From Myxococcales bacterium (lineage in GTDB: Bacteria > Myxococcota_A > Bradymonadia > Bradymonadales > Bradymonadaceae): DNA of 64,000 nucleotides. Both the position numbers and the translations under genes were made by a program. This document shows, piece after piece, positions 63,371 to 64,000 of the stretch. The stretch covers positions 293 to 64,292 of the forward strand of contig SLJM01000154.1 of the NCBI GenBank assembly GCA_007135085.1, written 5' to 3'. The notes beneath the pieces were generated by a model that saw nothing but the letters and a program-made list of their open reading frames with translations, ran no database searches and was not told where the DNA came from. How positions within the stretch are numbered: the first letter of the stretch is position 1; each line of letters begins with the position of its first letter.

Positions 63371-64000
63371 TTATTCTCCGATATATCGATCGGCGTGGTC
63401 ACAAATAATCGTCACCACCACTCCCTGGTCGAGTTCTCTTGCCACGTTCAGGGCGCCCACCACATTGGCCCCCGAGGAGTAGCCGCAGGCAATCCCCTCA
63501 CTTCGCGCCAACTCCTCGGCCATATCCCAGGCTTCGTCAGTGTCGATCCAGAGGATATCGTCCAGCTCGGATTCCTCGTAGATCCCGGGCTGGATGCTCG
63601 TGGGCATATGCTTTAGCCCCTCCAGACCGTGAAAGGAATCCGCGGGCTGACCGCCGATGATCTGAATGTCGGGGTTGCGCTCCTTCAGGCCCCTTCCCGT
63701 ACCCATGACCGTCCCCGAGGTGCCCGTGGAAGCCACGAAATGGGTAATGCGCCCCTTTGTCTGAGTCCATATTTCCGGGGCCGTCGTGGCTTTATGAGCC
63801 TGCCAATTGGAGTCGTTCTGATATTGGTCGGCGTAGAAATATTTTCCCTCCTCGTCGCCATCGACAAGCTCCCGCACGAGGCGAATCGCTCCATCGCTGC
63901 CCTCCATAGGATCGGAGAAAATAATCTCAGCTCCGTAGGCAGAGACGATGGACTTTCGCTGTGGCGAGACGTTTTCGGGCATTACCAGGGCCACGTCGAT
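63371..64000 (-). CDS. PLP-dependent cysteine synthase (CysK/CysM family), N-terminus off the window
   Basis: ...SIVSAYGAEIIFSDP..., FVASTGTSGTVMG (the GT(S/G)GT phosphate-binding loop), ...ACGYSSGAN.... The reading frame stays open to the window edge. Confidence 0.85.
   Translation of the reverse strand: MDVALVMPENVSPQRKSIVSAYGAEIIFSDPMEGSDGAIRLVRELVDGDEEGKYFYADQYQNDSNWQAHKATTAPEIWTQTKGRITHFVASTGTSGTVMGTGRGLKERNPDIQIIGGQPADSFHGLEGLKHMPTSIQPGIYEESELDDILWIDTDEAWDMAEELARSEGIACGYSSGANVVGALNVARELDQGVVVTIICDHADRYIGE

Overview
High-GC (roughly 60%) bacterial chromosomal segment, densely coding: about 52 CDS and one tRNA. I saw no rRNA, CRISPR array, transposase, integrase or phage genes. All calls come from reading the supplied ORF translations and the DNA by eye; no HMM or BLAST search was possible. 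Layout: (1) rimP-nusA-infB on the minus strand (1-5149). (2) A C-N hydrolase, then a nine-gene heme operon hemX-like/hemA/C/D/E/Y/B/H/L (6487-16200), then a TrxR-like flavoprotein and a convergent membrane redoxin. (3) A composite repeat locus (17896-18184). (4) A FadL-family porin plus a 1155-aa lipoprotein lipase (18216-22986). (5) Three tandem bactofilin genes, the third ending in a SAP/HeH motif (23331-24759), then pyrE and an alpha/beta hydrolase. (6) A zinc-ribbon/2xFHA protein, a lipoprotein, a solitary SctV-type type III export-gate gene (28215-30320), a Cys-rich lipoprotein and a Hanks kinase. (7) rpoD, then merR-ihfA-pheT-pheS-rplT-rpmI-tRNA-Val. (8) A DUF721-like protein, a DEAD-box helicase and a lipoprotein. 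(9) An acidic-tailed methyltransferase, a secreted HEAT-repeat protein translationally coupled to an exported eukaryote-type protein-arginine deiminase (47046-50059), and psd. (10) A second acidic-tailed methyltransferase, a second FadL-like porin, a histidine kinase, a Roadblock/LC7 protein and a REC-PATAN(DUF4388)-Roadblock response regulator. (11) An M61-like peptidase, an MBL hydrolase, a transglutaminase-like protein, and a JAMM (Mec-like) protein with a partial cysteine synthase. The gene content suggests Myxococcota, possibly a marine Bradymonadia-like lineage; this is inference only. It rests on the bactofilin triplet, Hanks kinase/FHA, PATAN/Roadblock, the internal-Cys ferrochelatase and the many poly-acidic tails. 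The best candidates for new biology are the exported PAD-HEAT pair, the solitary SctV, the SAP-tailed bactofilin, the REC-PATAN-Roadblock module and the heptamer/inverted-repeat locus.
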